Below the pieces are notes generated by a model, which saw only the letters and a list, made by a program, of their open reading frames with translations, made no database searches and was not told the DNA's origin. Positions 9,941 to 18,401 of a stretch of DNA of 64,000 bases are shown here, piece by piece. The stretch spans positions 192,001 through 256,000 of the forward strand of contig CBDCWP010000030.1 of the NCBI GenBank assembly GCA_965223505.1, written 5' to 3'. The position numbers were made by a program, and so were the translations under genes. Origin of the DNA: Planctomycetota bacterium. Its GTDB lineage: Bacteria; Planctomycetota; PLA2; JAEUHO01. Position 1 is the first letter of the stretch; each line of letters starts with the position of its first letter.

Positions 9941-11338
9941 GGCAGAGCAACGTTCTTTCTGTAAATCGCTGAGCGGTTGATCAAGCGTCGTCCCTCGGCA
10001 AGTACCTCCGTCCGGTTTCCCATTCCTCGCTGATCTCGATGAGCACCGCGCTTGCGAGCCGCAGCAAGGACGCTTCGTTCGGAAACAATCCGGCGACGCG
10101 AGTGCGGCGGCGGATCTGCTGATTCAGGTTCTCGAGGCTGTTGGTGGTGCGAAGGCGCTTGCGCTGCGCTTCGTTCAGGCCGAGATCGAACACGGTGAAG
10201 CCCTGCGGAATGTTCTCTTCGGCCCAGCGCGCCAGGTCGGGCGCGGGCTTGTCCCACTTCTTCACGAAGGCCTTGAGCTTCTCTTCGGCCTCGCGACGCG
10301 ACGTCGCATTGAACGCGGCGCGAAGGTCAGCGGCAACGTCGCGTCGAAGCTTCTGGCGCGGAACGTAGCTCTGCGCGTTCTGCTGCAGGTGGAACTGGCA
10401 GCGCTGCCAGGCCACGCCGGCGAACCGCGCCGCCAGCGCGGCCGCAATGCCCTTGTGGCCGTCGCTGGTGATGAGCTCGACGCCGTGAAGGCCGCGATCC
10501 TGGAGAGAAGCGAGGAACTCGCGCCAATGGACCTCGGCCTCCGAGAGGCTCACGCTCGTTCCCAGCACGCTGCGCTTGCCGTGAGAATCGACGCCGATGG
10601 CGATCAGCACAGCGCAGTCGCGCACCGATCCGCCGTGGCGCACCTTCTCGTAGCGAGCGTCGAGTACGAGGTACTTGAACGCGCCGAGCGGACGTGTGCG
10701 CCAGCGCTCGAGCTCCTCGTCGAGCAGCGCAGCTGCTCGAGACACGCTCGTGGAGCTGATCTCCAGGCCGTTGCAAAGCACCTTCGTGATCGCCTCGACA
10801 CGCCGCGTCGAGACGCCCTGGACGTACATCTCCGCCAGGGCCAGCGTGAGCGCTCTCTCGCTTCGCTGGCCGCGTTCGAGGCTGGAGGGGTAGAACGTGT
10901 CGCCGCCCTCGACGTCGCGAACCTGGGGCACCTGGACGTCGATCTCGCCCAAGCGGGTTCTGACGCGCTTGCGCTTGAAGCCGTTGGCGTAGCCGCGGCG
11001 CTGATCCGTGCGTTCGTGGGGCTCGGCGCCGAGGAAGGCACTGCGTTCGACCTTCATGGCCTCGTTCACCAGCACCCGCATCGCCTCAGCCATGCCGTCG
11101 AACCCGTTCTCGCTGAGCGCTTCCAGTGCGTCGCCCCAAGGCGTACGCTGTTCGTGGTGGGTCACGTCGTTCCTCCTTTGCGTGGTGTCGTTACCTGCAA
11201 AGGTACGGCGTTGATCCGCCACTCAGTTCGCCCCGGGAGATGGCGGCGCGCCCGCTTCGCTTGAATCAGCTAGCTGATTCAAGCGAAGCGAGCGCCTCTC
11301 CTCCGGGGAGCCATTTACAGAAAGAACGGTACACCCTC
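9941..11338 (-). mobile_element. IS256-family element, copy 1
   Basis: Imperfect terminal IRs sharing CGTTCTTTCTGTAAAT; 8-bp target duplication AACGTTCT at 9933-9940 and 11339-11346. Confidence 0.95.
9981..11222 (-). CDS. IS256 family DDE transposase
   Basis: EMYVQGVSTRRV, LDARYEKVR, SDGHKG, WQRCQFH, RTTNSLENLNQQIRRR. Confidence 0.95.
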   Translation of the reverse strand: MADQRRTFAGNDTTQRRNDVTHHEQRTPWGDALEALSENGFDGMAEAMRVLVNEAMKVERSAFLGAEPHERTDQRRGYANGFKRKRVRTRLGEIDVQVPQVRDVEGGDTFYPSSLERGQRSERALTLALAEMYVQGVSTRRVEAITKVLCNGLEISSTSVSRAAALLDEELERWRTRPLGAFKYLVLDARYEKVRHGGSVRDCAVLIAIGVDSHGKRSVLGTSVSLSEAEVHWREFLASLQDRGLHGVELITSDGHKGIAAALAARFAGVAWQRCQFHLQQNAQSYVPRQKLRRDVAADLRAAFNATSRREAEEKLKAFVKKWDKPAPDLARWAEENIPQGFTVFDLGLNEAQRKRLRTTNSLENLNQQIRRRTRVAGLFPNEASLLRLASAVLIEISEEWETGRRYLPRDDA

Positions 11339-11697
11339 AACGTTCTTGCCTCCTGCGTACCAGTTGCTGCATCTATGACGGTAGCGCCTGCTGCGGGGTC
11401 GTCAACGGCCATTTGCGCGGCGGGACGAAAAACTAGTCAGAGCAAAGAGTGCGCCAGCAGCCATTTCTCCAAGAGAGTTTGCAACAACTGGTACTTGAGG
11501 AAGCTCGAACGAGTTCGAGAGACTACTGGCGCGACGGCACTGTAACGAACCAGGACGACGCACAAAGCGATTTGCGACCAAGGGGTAATCCGAAAGTACA
11601 GAGATGAGATGAGAAGGCCGGTCTCCCCTGTCCCGCAGTCGCGGTAAACCGCGCTGCAAATGAAACACGGGCTTGACGGCCCAAAGGGAGAACCGGC

Positions 11698-12747
11698 ATG
11701 ACGAATCGTATCACCGAGACAATCGGGGTGGATCTGGGGGACCGCTATTCGGCGTACTGCGTGATCGACGAGGGTTCGGGTGAGATGCAGGGCGAGGGGC
11801 GGATCCGTACGACGCCCAAGGGGTTTCGCGAGTTCTTCGCCAAGCGAGCGAGCTCGCGAGTGGTGCTCGAGGTCGGGACTCACTCGCCGTGGACGAGTCG
11901 CATCATTGCAGAGAGCTGCGAGCAGACGTTGGTGGCCAACCCGCGGCAATTGGGGTTCATCTTCAATAGCGCGCGCAAGTCGGATCGCGTGGACGCGCGA
12001 TTGCTTGCGCGCGTGGGACGCCTGGACGCGTCGTTGTTGTGTCCGATCCGGCATCGCGGACTGAAGGCACAGCAGGACCTGGCGGTGGTTCGTGCTCGGG
12101 CTGCGTTGGTATCGGCACGCACGAAATTGGTGAACAGCTTGCGCGGATTGACCAAGAGCTTCGGCGCCCGTATTCCGAAACAAGCCGCCAAGTCGATCAG
12201 CACGGAGACGCGCTCGCGCGTACCCGAAGAGTTGCGGGATGCCGTACGACCGCTCCTCGTTTCGATCGAGGGTCTCACGGGCGAGATCAAGAAGTACGAC
12301 AAGTTGATCGACGATCTAGCGACGACGCACTATCCCGAGATCGGGGCACTGACGCAGGTGGCCGGCGTGGGCAATCTGACGGCGTTGACATTCGTGCTGA
12401 CGTTGGAGGACCCGGCCCACTTCGCCGAGAGCCGCGACGTGGGGGCGTTCCTGGGACTGACTCCCAAGCGCGACCAATCAGGTGAGACCGACAAACAGCT
12501 GCGCATCTCGAAAGCCGGCGACAAGGTGCTTCGCACGCTACTGGTTCAGTGTGCTCACTACATTCTTGGGCGCAACGGACCACCGAGTGACCTGAAGCGC
12601 TACGGCGAACGGGTTGCCTCACGGGGCGGAAAGATCGCGAAGCGCAAGGCGGCGATCGCCGTGGCACGCAAGTTGGCGGTGCTTCTGCACTCGCTATGGC
12701 GAAGCGGCGAAGCGTACGTGCCCGAGCGAAAGGCCGTTTCCGCGTAG
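11698..12747 (+). CDS. IS110 family (DEDD) transposase/recombinase
   Basis: IGVDLG, VVLEVG, RKSDRVDA, VAGVGNLTA, LGLTPKRDQSG, ISKAGD..LR. Confidence 0.95.
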   Translation: MTNRITETIGVDLGDRYSAYCVIDEGSGEMQGEGRIRTTPKGFREFFAKRASSRVVLEVGTHSPWTSRIIAESCEQTLVANPRQLGFIFNSARKSDRVDARLLARVGRLDASLLCPIRHRGLKAQQDLAVVRARAALVSARTKLVNSLRGLTKSFGARIPKQAAKSISTETRSRVPEELRDAVRPLLVSIEGLTGEIKKYDKLIDDLATTHYPEIGALTQVAGVGNLTALTFVLTLEDPAHFAESRDVGAFLGLTPKRDQSGETDKQLRISKAGDKVLRTLLVQCAHYILGRNGPPSDLKRYGERVASRGGKIAKRKAAIAVARKLAVLLHSLWRSGEAYVPERKAVSA

Positions 12748-13010
12748 CGGCTGCCTTGAATAGCCACGAACGCGGCGACAACACCAGATTTCACGCTTCA
12801 TCCCGAGTCCGGGCGACTGCGGTGTACCTGGCGGACGCAATGCGACGTCGCTACTGAGATTGCAGCGCCCCGGCTCACTCGGATCTCCTCATGCACCGGA
12901 CCTCAGATGCAGGTCCACCAAGAGTGCGTATAGAAGCCTGGGCAGGAGCGTGCCTCTGGAAACGTGGCCGCCGACGCGGCTCGACTTGACAAGATCGGCC
13001 TTCTCATAGA
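12748..13010 (+). ncRNA. Putative bridge RNA/seekRNA-encoding region of the IS1111-type element
   Basis: About 260-bp noncoding region 3' of the transposase, the position known for IS1111-type guide RNAs; local hairpins such as GGACCT-CAGATGC-AGGTCC; exact RNA ends unknown. Confidence 0.6.
12986..12991 (+). promoter_or_regulatory. Outward -35 hexamer TTGACA of a probable circle-junction promoter
   Basis: Perfect TTGACA immediately inside the right IR, as is typical of IS1111-type elements. Confidence 0.55.
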
Positions 13011-13037
13011 AGCCAGAGCATTTTCTCACCATTAGCG
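13011..13037. repeat. Left inverted repeat of the RAYT-like unit (interrupted by IS110; continues at 11596-11601)
   Basis: AGCCAGAGCATTTTCTCACCATTAGCG matches the reverse complement of 14087-14113 at 25/27. Confidence 0.85.
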
Positions 13038-13075
13038 CTAGCCAAGACACTCACCATTAGCGCTAGCCAAGACAC
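13026..13075. repeat. Perfect 25-bp tandem duplication
   Basis: TCACCATTAGCGCTAGCCAAGACAC twice, overlapping the stop codon of the RAYT-like gene. Confidence 0.95.
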
Positions 13076-14046
13076 TTTGAGGCCACATTGGCGCAGCGAC
13101 TCCGATACTCAGGATCGTGAACCATGAGGTAGCGGTGCTGTACTTGGCGTTTGGTGGCGGTCGACGCCGTGCAGTTGGTGTAGCGCGTTATCGCTGCGTA
13201 GGTGAGGCCGGCAAGCTCACGCAAGAGACCGACCGTAAGCACCGGCCATGCATCCCGCTTTCGCGTTCCGCTCACTGTGCACCGAAGCTCGAGGCCGCGA
13301 GACTCCTCCGCCACGACCGCCAGCACTCGCGATGCCGCCACGTACGGCAGGCCGGGCTTGGTTCCGTCCGCCAGACGCGCCTTACGCAGCATCCACGACA
13401 TTACGCGCGAGGGTGCTGCGCCGACAAGCGAGTCCCAGCAGTCATCGCCGTGCGCCGCCGTCGACAGACGCAATTCGATGACTGCGCACTCCTCCGATGA
13501 GATATCCCGTCCGAACCGTCGTTGATACGCCAGCGCGCGTTCGGTGGGACGACATCGTCCTATGCGCGCGTCGATCCACTCGCCCCAGAGCCACGGGGGC
13601 CGACGCCGGCGCGTGAGATGGAACGCACTGCAGAATGGGTATTCTCGCGAGGCCGTGACCAGGCGCGCGTCGAGCGCATTCTGGTCGATGTATCGAACAA
13701 GGACTGTCGCGTATCTCTCCGAGCGCACCGGCTTTGACAGAAAGCGACTCCGGAACAGCGGCCCGTCTCTCCTACGAGTGCGGTTGAAGTACCTCACGTA
13801 GAGATTCTGGACACGCTGCATCACACCCGAGAGCTCGCCGGTCGTGCTTTCGAGGAGCAGATGGAAGTGCGTTGACAGAATGGCGTACGAGACGATCCGG
13901 ATTCGGCCGCGCCGTACCTCCCGTGCGAGCAGCGACAGGAAGAACCGCGCGTCTTGCCTCGTCTCGAAGACGGTCCTACGCGCGAGCCCACGGTTCATCA
14001 CGTGGTGCAGGAGCCCGGGGTGGTCGACTCGTTGACGTCTCGGCAT
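13063..14046 (-). CDS. REP-associated tyrosine transposase (RAYT)-like HUH/Y1 protein with C-terminal HTH
   Basis: MPRRQR..PGLLHHVMNRG, YAILSTHFHLL (HUH), YFNRTRRRDGPLFRSRF, VRYIDQN, YPFCS; C-terminal LLRELAGLTYAAI. Confidence 0.88.
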   Translation of the reverse strand: MPRRQRVDHPGLLHHVMNRGLARRTVFETRQDARFFLSLLAREVRRGRIRIVSYAILSTHFHLLLESTTGELSGVMQRVQNLYVRYFNRTRRRDGPLFRSRFLSKPVRSERYATVLVRYIDQNALDARLVTASREYPFCSAFHLTRRRRPPWLWGEWIDARIGRCRPTERALAYQRRFGRDISSEECAVIELRLSTAAHGDDCWDSLVGAAPSRVMSWMLRKARLADGTKPGLPYVAASRVLAVVAEESRGLELRCTVSGTRKRDAWPVLTVGLLRELAGLTYAAITRYTNCTASTATKRQVQHRYLMVHDPEYRSRCANVASKCLG

Positions 14047-14086
14047 GAGGTTCGCCGGGACATCGCGCGAACGTCGCTGCCGGTCA

Positions 14087-14119
14087 CGCTATTGGTGAGA
14101 AATTGCTCTGGCTCGGTAC
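14087..14119. repeat. Right inverted repeat of the RAYT-like unit
   Basis: Reverse complement GTACCGAGCCAGAGCAATTTCTCACCAATAGCG; 5 bp from the CCA end of the internal tRNA fragment. Confidence 0.85.
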
Positions 14120-14124
14120 GGGTG

Positions 14125-14271
14125 TGGAGCCCCGGGTCGGGTTCGAACCGACGACCCCCGCTTTACGAAAGCGGTGCCTGTCAACACCAGATGGGTCTCT
14201 TGAGTCAATGAGCACAGTCCACGACGTGCGGACTAGGACTACGGGAACATGAGGGTTTGGGGGGCGTCAAG
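14125..14271 (-). repeat. Internal att site: tRNA-Thr 3' 53 nt (14125-14177) plus conserved arm copy 2 (14178-14271)
   Basis: Matches 7214-7361; the tRNA part is identical to 17974-18026. Confidence 0.95.
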
Positions 14272-14308
14272 ACAGGGGCGTAGGGGCAAGCCGACGTACG
14301 ACGCGAGG

Positions 14309-15475
14309 CTAGCCCTTCTTCCCGGCAGGCCAAGCTGCGTCAAAGTGCTTTCTGGCGTAGCGGCGTAACGCTGCTTCCACCTCGTCGCTCACGCTTCTCT
14401 CGATGTCGGAGTCGTCATGTCGGCTCTGCGATGCGACCCAAGTTCGAGTGACATGCTTGCGCACGTCAGCGCGCGATGGCGCAAGGACCCGGCGTTTCGC
14501 GATCATGGCACTCACGTCCAATCGACCAGACTCACCCCCCAAGATCACCGCTGCCAGTCTCTCTGCCGCGTCCGTCAGACGCTTCGGCTCCACTAGCGCG
14601 TCCGGCGATTGTCCCGCGATGGCCATCAATCCTTCGTATAGAAGATGCGAGCGAATCTCGCGCTCTCTCCGAGGGTCCAGCGCGGCGACACCACTCGTCG
14701 CCGACGCAATGACTCTTTGGATTCTCGACGGCCACGCACTGGCTTGTATCTCAACGGGACGACGCTTCATGCGGATCTCGTCCCCGGTCCCCGCCTTGCG
14801 CGCATGAGCCGAGAGTGGGAGTCCCGTAGCACGATCGATGCGCATGGCCGCTCGCGTCGAGCGCAGAATCACCTGGTTCGTCTTCTCGTCGACTACGACC
14901 TTCTTTCTCTTAAAGAGATCCTCGTCCAGCCATGTCGCGCCGACGCCAGAATCGACCCCCATCCCCACGAAGAGGCGTATCCGGTCGTTCTCCTTTTCGT
15001 CTACAAGGATCTTGAATGTGACGACCACTGGCGAGAGCTCAACTAGCGGGATCTTCCACTCTTTGCAGAGACTGCTAATCACGCCTTGCGCCCTCGCTGT
15101 CTCGGCACGAATCAATTTCCATGCGACTGAGAACGCGTATACGGGCTTACCACCTGCAACCGCAACCATACGGGTCCTATCGGCTACAAACCACGACACG
15201 AAGTTGGAGTCGCCATCGGCGACTCTGTGGGAAACGCCATGCAGATCGCCCTCGCGAAACACCTCGAACACGCTGTTCATTGCGGGCGTGGACGATGCGC
15301 TTCCCGGATTGACGCTGAGCGTGTACGCAACATGAATGCGCTCTTGCTGCTCAAAGCGATCTACGAGTTCCTTTCGGGCGGCGGCGGCGTCGGAGGCCTC
15401 GTCCGCACTGACGACGGCGACCGCGAGCAGAAGAACAGCCAGCGAACGAAGCACAATCATGGTCGTCAGTTTCAC
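14309..15475 (-). CDS. Secreted hypothetical protein, paralog of 7406-8596
   Basis: Signal peptide LAVLLLAVAVVSA-DE; LVDRFEQQERIHV, TWLDEDLFKRKKV, IDRATGL..AHARKAG. Confidence 0.8.
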   Translation of the reverse strand: MKLTTMIVLRSLAVLLLAVAVVSADEASDAAAARKELVDRFEQQERIHVAYTLSVNPGSASSTPAMNSVFEVFREGDLHGVSHRVADGDSNFVSWFVADRTRMVAVAGGKPVYAFSVAWKLIRAETARAQGVISSLCKEWKIPLVELSPVVVTFKILVDEKENDRIRLFVGMGVDSGVGATWLDEDLFKRKKVVVDEKTNQVILRSTRAAMRIDRATGLPLSAHARKAGTGDEIRMKRRPVEIQASAWPSRIQRVIASATSGVAALDPRREREIRSHLLYEGLMAIAGQSPDALVEPKRLTDAAERLAAVILGGESGRLDVSAMIAKRRVLAPSRADVRKHVTRTWVASQSRHDDSDIERSVSDEVEAALRRYARKHFDAAWPAGKKG

Positions 15476-15535
15476 CCCGCGCGGTTTACCGAGTTTCGGT
15501 AGGAAGTCTTGGGTGGCCCTCGCGCCAGCAGCCCC

Positions 15536-15845
15536 CTAAACGTCAAAGTCGATGCCGACAAAGAACGGGATCTTCCCGTCTTCCGGCAGCTCGACTACAA
15601 CGTAGACCTTCGCACCGTTCGCAAGTCTATAGACTATGCCGACGCTATTACTGGAAACTCCGAAGAAACCGATTGGACTCGCTCCCGGTGATATGGGGAC
15701 TCCCCATTTTCCTACGTACGGCGGCTCCTCCGGGGGAGGAAAGCCAAAAGCAGTGGGCCCAAAGTAACCAGGTTTGCTTTTGCCACTCCAGCCGAACATT
15801 TCCCACAGGAGATCCGTTAACCATTCGATGAGCCACGCATTTGCT
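15536..15845 (-). pseudogene. 3' remnant of a Pro-rich gene paralog, truncated by IS256
   Basis: NAWLIEWLTDLL...GFFGVSSNSVGIVYRLANGAKVYVVVELP...FVGIDFDV aligns with NWWIVQLIIEL...LGFDADSNSFQLSFVKKLPSGKLVTIVVEVP...FAGVGFDF of 8556-9464. Confidence 0.75.
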
Positions 15846-17243
15846 GGCAGAGCAACGTTCTTTCTGTAAATCGCTGAGCGGTTGATCAAGCGTCGTCCCT
15901 CGGCAAGTACCTCCGTCCGGTTTCCCATTCCTCGCTGATCTCGATGAGCACCGCGCTTGCGAGCCGCAGCAAGGACGCTTCGTTCGGAAACAATCCGGCG
16001 ACGCGAGTGCGGCGGCGGATCTGCTGATTCAGGTTCTCGAGGCTGTTGGTGGTGCGAAGGCGCTTGCGCTGCGCTTCGTTCAGGCCGAGATCGAACACGG
16101 TGAAGCCCTGCGGAATGTTCTCTTCGGCCCAGCGCGCCAGGTCGGGCGCGGGCTTGTCCCACTTCTTCACGAAGGCCTTGAGCTTCTCTTCGGCCTCGCG
16201 ACGCGACGTCGCATTGAACGCGGCGCGAAGGTCAGCGGCAACGTCGCGTCGAAGCTTCTGGCGCGGAACGTAGCTCTGCGCGTTCTGCTGCAGGTGGAAC
16301 TGGCAGCGCTGCCAGGCCACGCCGGCGAACCGCGCCGCCAGCGCGGCCGCAATGCCCTTGTGGCCGTCGCTGGTGATGAGCTCGACGCCGTGAAGGCCGC
16401 GATCCTGGAGAGAAGCGAGGAACTCGCGCCAATGGACCTCGGCCTCCGAGAGGCTCACGCTCGTTCCCAGCACGCTGCGCTTGCCGTGAGAATCGACGCC
16501 GATGGCGATCAGCACAGCGCAGTCGCGCACCGATCCGCCGTGGCGCACCTTCTCGTAGCGAGCGTCGAGTACGAGGTACTTGAACGCGCCGAGCGGACGT
16601 GTGCGCCAGCGCTCGAGCTCCTCGTCGAGCAGCGCAGCTGCTCGAGACACGCTCGTGGAGCTGATCTCCAGGCCGTTGCAAAGCACCTTCGTGATCGCCT
16701 CGACACGCCGCGTCGAGACGCCCTGGACGTACATCTCCGCCAGGGCCAGCGTGAGCGCTCTCTCGCTTCGCTGGCCGCGTTCGAGGCTGGAGGGGTAGAA
16801 CGTGTCGCCGCCCTCGACGTCGCGAACCTGGGGCACCTGGACGTCGATCTCGCCCAAGCGGGTTCTGACGCGCTTGCGCTTGAAGCCGTTGGCGTAGCCG
16901 CGGCGCTGATCCGTGCGTTCGTGGGGCTCGGCGCCGAGGAAGGCACTGCGTTCGACCTTCATGGCCTCGTTCACCAGCACCCGCATCGCCTCAGCCATGC
17001 CGTCGAACCCGTTCTCGCTGAGCGCTTCCAGTGCGTCGCCCCAAGGCGTACGCTGTTCGTGGTGGGTCACGTCGTTCCTCCTTTGCGTGGTGTCGTTACC
17101 TGCAAAGGTACGGCGTTGATCCGCCACTCAGTTCGCCCCGGGAGATGGCGGCGCGCCCGCTTCGCTTGAATCAGCTAGCTGATTCAAGCGAAGCGAGCGC
17201 CTCTCCTCCGGGGAGCCATTTACAGAAAGAACGGTACACCCTC
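15846..17243 (-). mobile_element. IS256-family element, copy 2
   Basis: Same ends, same length (1398 bp) and identical transposase translation as copy 1; flanks CATTTGCT and GATGGGAG do not match. Confidence 0.95.
15886..17127 (-). CDS. IS256 family DDE transposase
   Basis: Translation identical to 9981-11222. Confidence 0.95.
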   Translation of the reverse strand: MADQRRTFAGNDTTQRRNDVTHHEQRTPWGDALEALSENGFDGMAEAMRVLVNEAMKVERSAFLGAEPHERTDQRRGYANGFKRKRVRTRLGEIDVQVPQVRDVEGGDTFYPSSLERGQRSERALTLALAEMYVQGVSTRRVEAITKVLCNGLEISSTSVSRAAALLDEELERWRTRPLGAFKYLVLDARYEKVRHGGSVRDCAVLIAIGVDSHGKRSVLGTSVSLSEAEVHWREFLASLQDRGLHGVELITSDGHKGIAAALAARFAGVAWQRCQFHLQQNAQSYVPRQKLRRDVAADLRAAFNATSRREAEEKLKAFVKKWDKPAPDLARWAEENIPQGFTVFDLGLNEAQRKRLRTTNSLENLNQQIRRRTRVAGLFPNEASLLRLASAVLIEISEEWETGRRYLPRDDA

Positions 17244-17704
17244 GATGGGAGTGATGCGAGAGAGACTCGACCCGAACAACAGATTCGCTCAGGCCTGGTA
17301 CAGGAAACACGGACCACCTCCATGCGGTGTCCCTCGCTGTGTCTGAGGAGCGCTATCAGATCCCCACGGCTGATGACCCTCGGTGCCGTTGCGGGGGCTC
17401 TTGGCGCCTTGTACGAACCAACGAAGTTCTGAACAGCCATCTTTCGCGACTGCGCCCACCTGATGAACTTGCGGCAGCAACAGCAGAACTTATGGCGAGT
17501 CCTCGGTGCCCAGTCCTGCGCGGCGATGAAGTCCTCGAACAACGGGTAGTCCCACTCCTCGATGGGGATGTCCTCCCAAGCCGCAAACAGCGGCCTGAGC
17601 TTCTCCCGGTAGGCCCGCTGGGTAGCGGGCGCTAGCCCGTGGGCGTTTACGAGGGCGTTGAGGAACTTCTGCAAGATGTCCTGGTTGATGGTGGCGGTTG
17701 TCAT
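17244..17704 (-). pseudogene. Tyrosine integrase N-terminal remnant
   Basis: FLNAL..HGLAPATQRAY...WAPRTRHK....RKFIRWA.....NFVG..KAPRAP..APRVIS core-binding pattern; no catalytic domain; next to the tRNA; cut by IS256. Confidence 0.75.
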
Positions 17705-17928
17705 GGCGGGTCCTTTCGGACCGCACCCGGTGTTGACGCTGGTCATGTGGAACTCTCCGTTCCACGTTCAAATACGCAGCTGGCAATCCGCCGAGACGAG
17801 GTGTGCCATGAGCTGTGCCCATTGCACTTGCCGAGTCCACGGCAGGGGGAGCCGCAGCAACGATCGAAGCGGGGGTCAGGCGAGCCGTAGATCGGCTGCA
17901 AGCCGGAGTTCCGCCACGGGGGCGGCAC

Positions 17929-17950
17929 ACCCCACGTTACGACGTGGGGT
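17929..17950. terminator. Hairpin downstream of tRNA-Thr
   Basis: ACCCCACGT-TACG-ACGTGGGGT perfect 9-bp stem; no U tract. Confidence 0.35.
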
Positions 17951-17973
17951 TCTGCACCTTGAAGGCGCATGAA

Positions 17974-18048
17974 TGGAGCCCCGGGTCGGGTTCGAACCGA
18001 CGACCCCCGCTTTACGAAAGCGGTGCTCTACCACTGAGCTACCAGGGC
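17974..18048 (-). tRNA. tRNA-Thr(CGT)
   Basis: GCCCTGGTAGCTCAGTGGTAGAGCACCGCTTTCGTAAAGCGGGGGTCGTCGGTTCGAACCCGACCCGGGGCTCCA; full cloverleaf, anticodon CGT, encoded CCA. Confidence 0.97.
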
Positions 18049-18065
18049 GCGCTCTAGAGAGGCGT

Positions 18066-18093
18066 AAGCTAGTGCACCGCCCGCCGGAGTCCA
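18066..18093 (-). promoter_or_regulatory. Possible sigma70 promoter for the tRNA
   Basis: Minus strand TGGACT-N16-TAGCTT ending 17 nt before the tRNA. Confidence 0.4.
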
Positions 18094-18401
18094 GAGAAGT
18101 GCGCCCCTGGTTAATGGGTCACTTTGACAAGGGGGCGGATCGGCGGCGGCAGGAGCCGTCGCAGGAACTCTTCAGTCGTGGTCGGCTTGTCCGGGGCGAA
18201 GGCGCCGCAAAGCCGGCGAGGACGCCGCGTGGTAGCCCACGTAAGGACGAGAGCGGAGCGGTCGGCAAAGCGCCGTCGAGCAACCGGCAAGCCGCTTACC
18301 CGCGCGGATCGGAAAGCTAACGCACTCCCGCCCCTGCGACGGATCTCCGTCCTGAGCAGAGGCCGCACACGGAGATATACTCGGTCTAGGCTGGTTCTCA
18401 C

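Larger units (their letters stand above)
11602..13010 (+). mobile_element. IS110-family element, IS1111 type
   Basis: Subterminal IRs ATGAGAAGGCCGGTCT (11609-11624) and AGATCGGCCTTCTCAT (12992-13007), 15/16 match; ends set 7 and 3 bp outside the IRs; long 3' noncoding region; no clear TSD (ends can shift by the shared AG). Confidence 0.88.
7187..18026. mobile_element. Composite (tandem) genomic island integrated at tRNA-Thr(CGT)
   Basis: Bounded by 80-bp direct repeats, internal third att copy, integrase remnant beside the tRNA, IS elements, visibly lower GC cargo. Confidence 0.85.

Noticed and set aside
9415..10257. ORFs 9415-10257 and 15536-16162 with identical N-termini, suggesting a variable-tail gene
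   Set aside because: The shared part is an alternate frame inside IS256 reading out into different flanks
11339..11601. Missing integrase catalytic domain or another gene between IS256 and IS110
   Set aside because: The frames I translated showed no recognisable motif
12779..12789. CAACACCAGAT shared by the IS110 noncoding region and the att arms (7271, 14182)
   Set aside because: One 11-nt match is roughly expected by chance across a 10-kb island, and the IS is not inserted there
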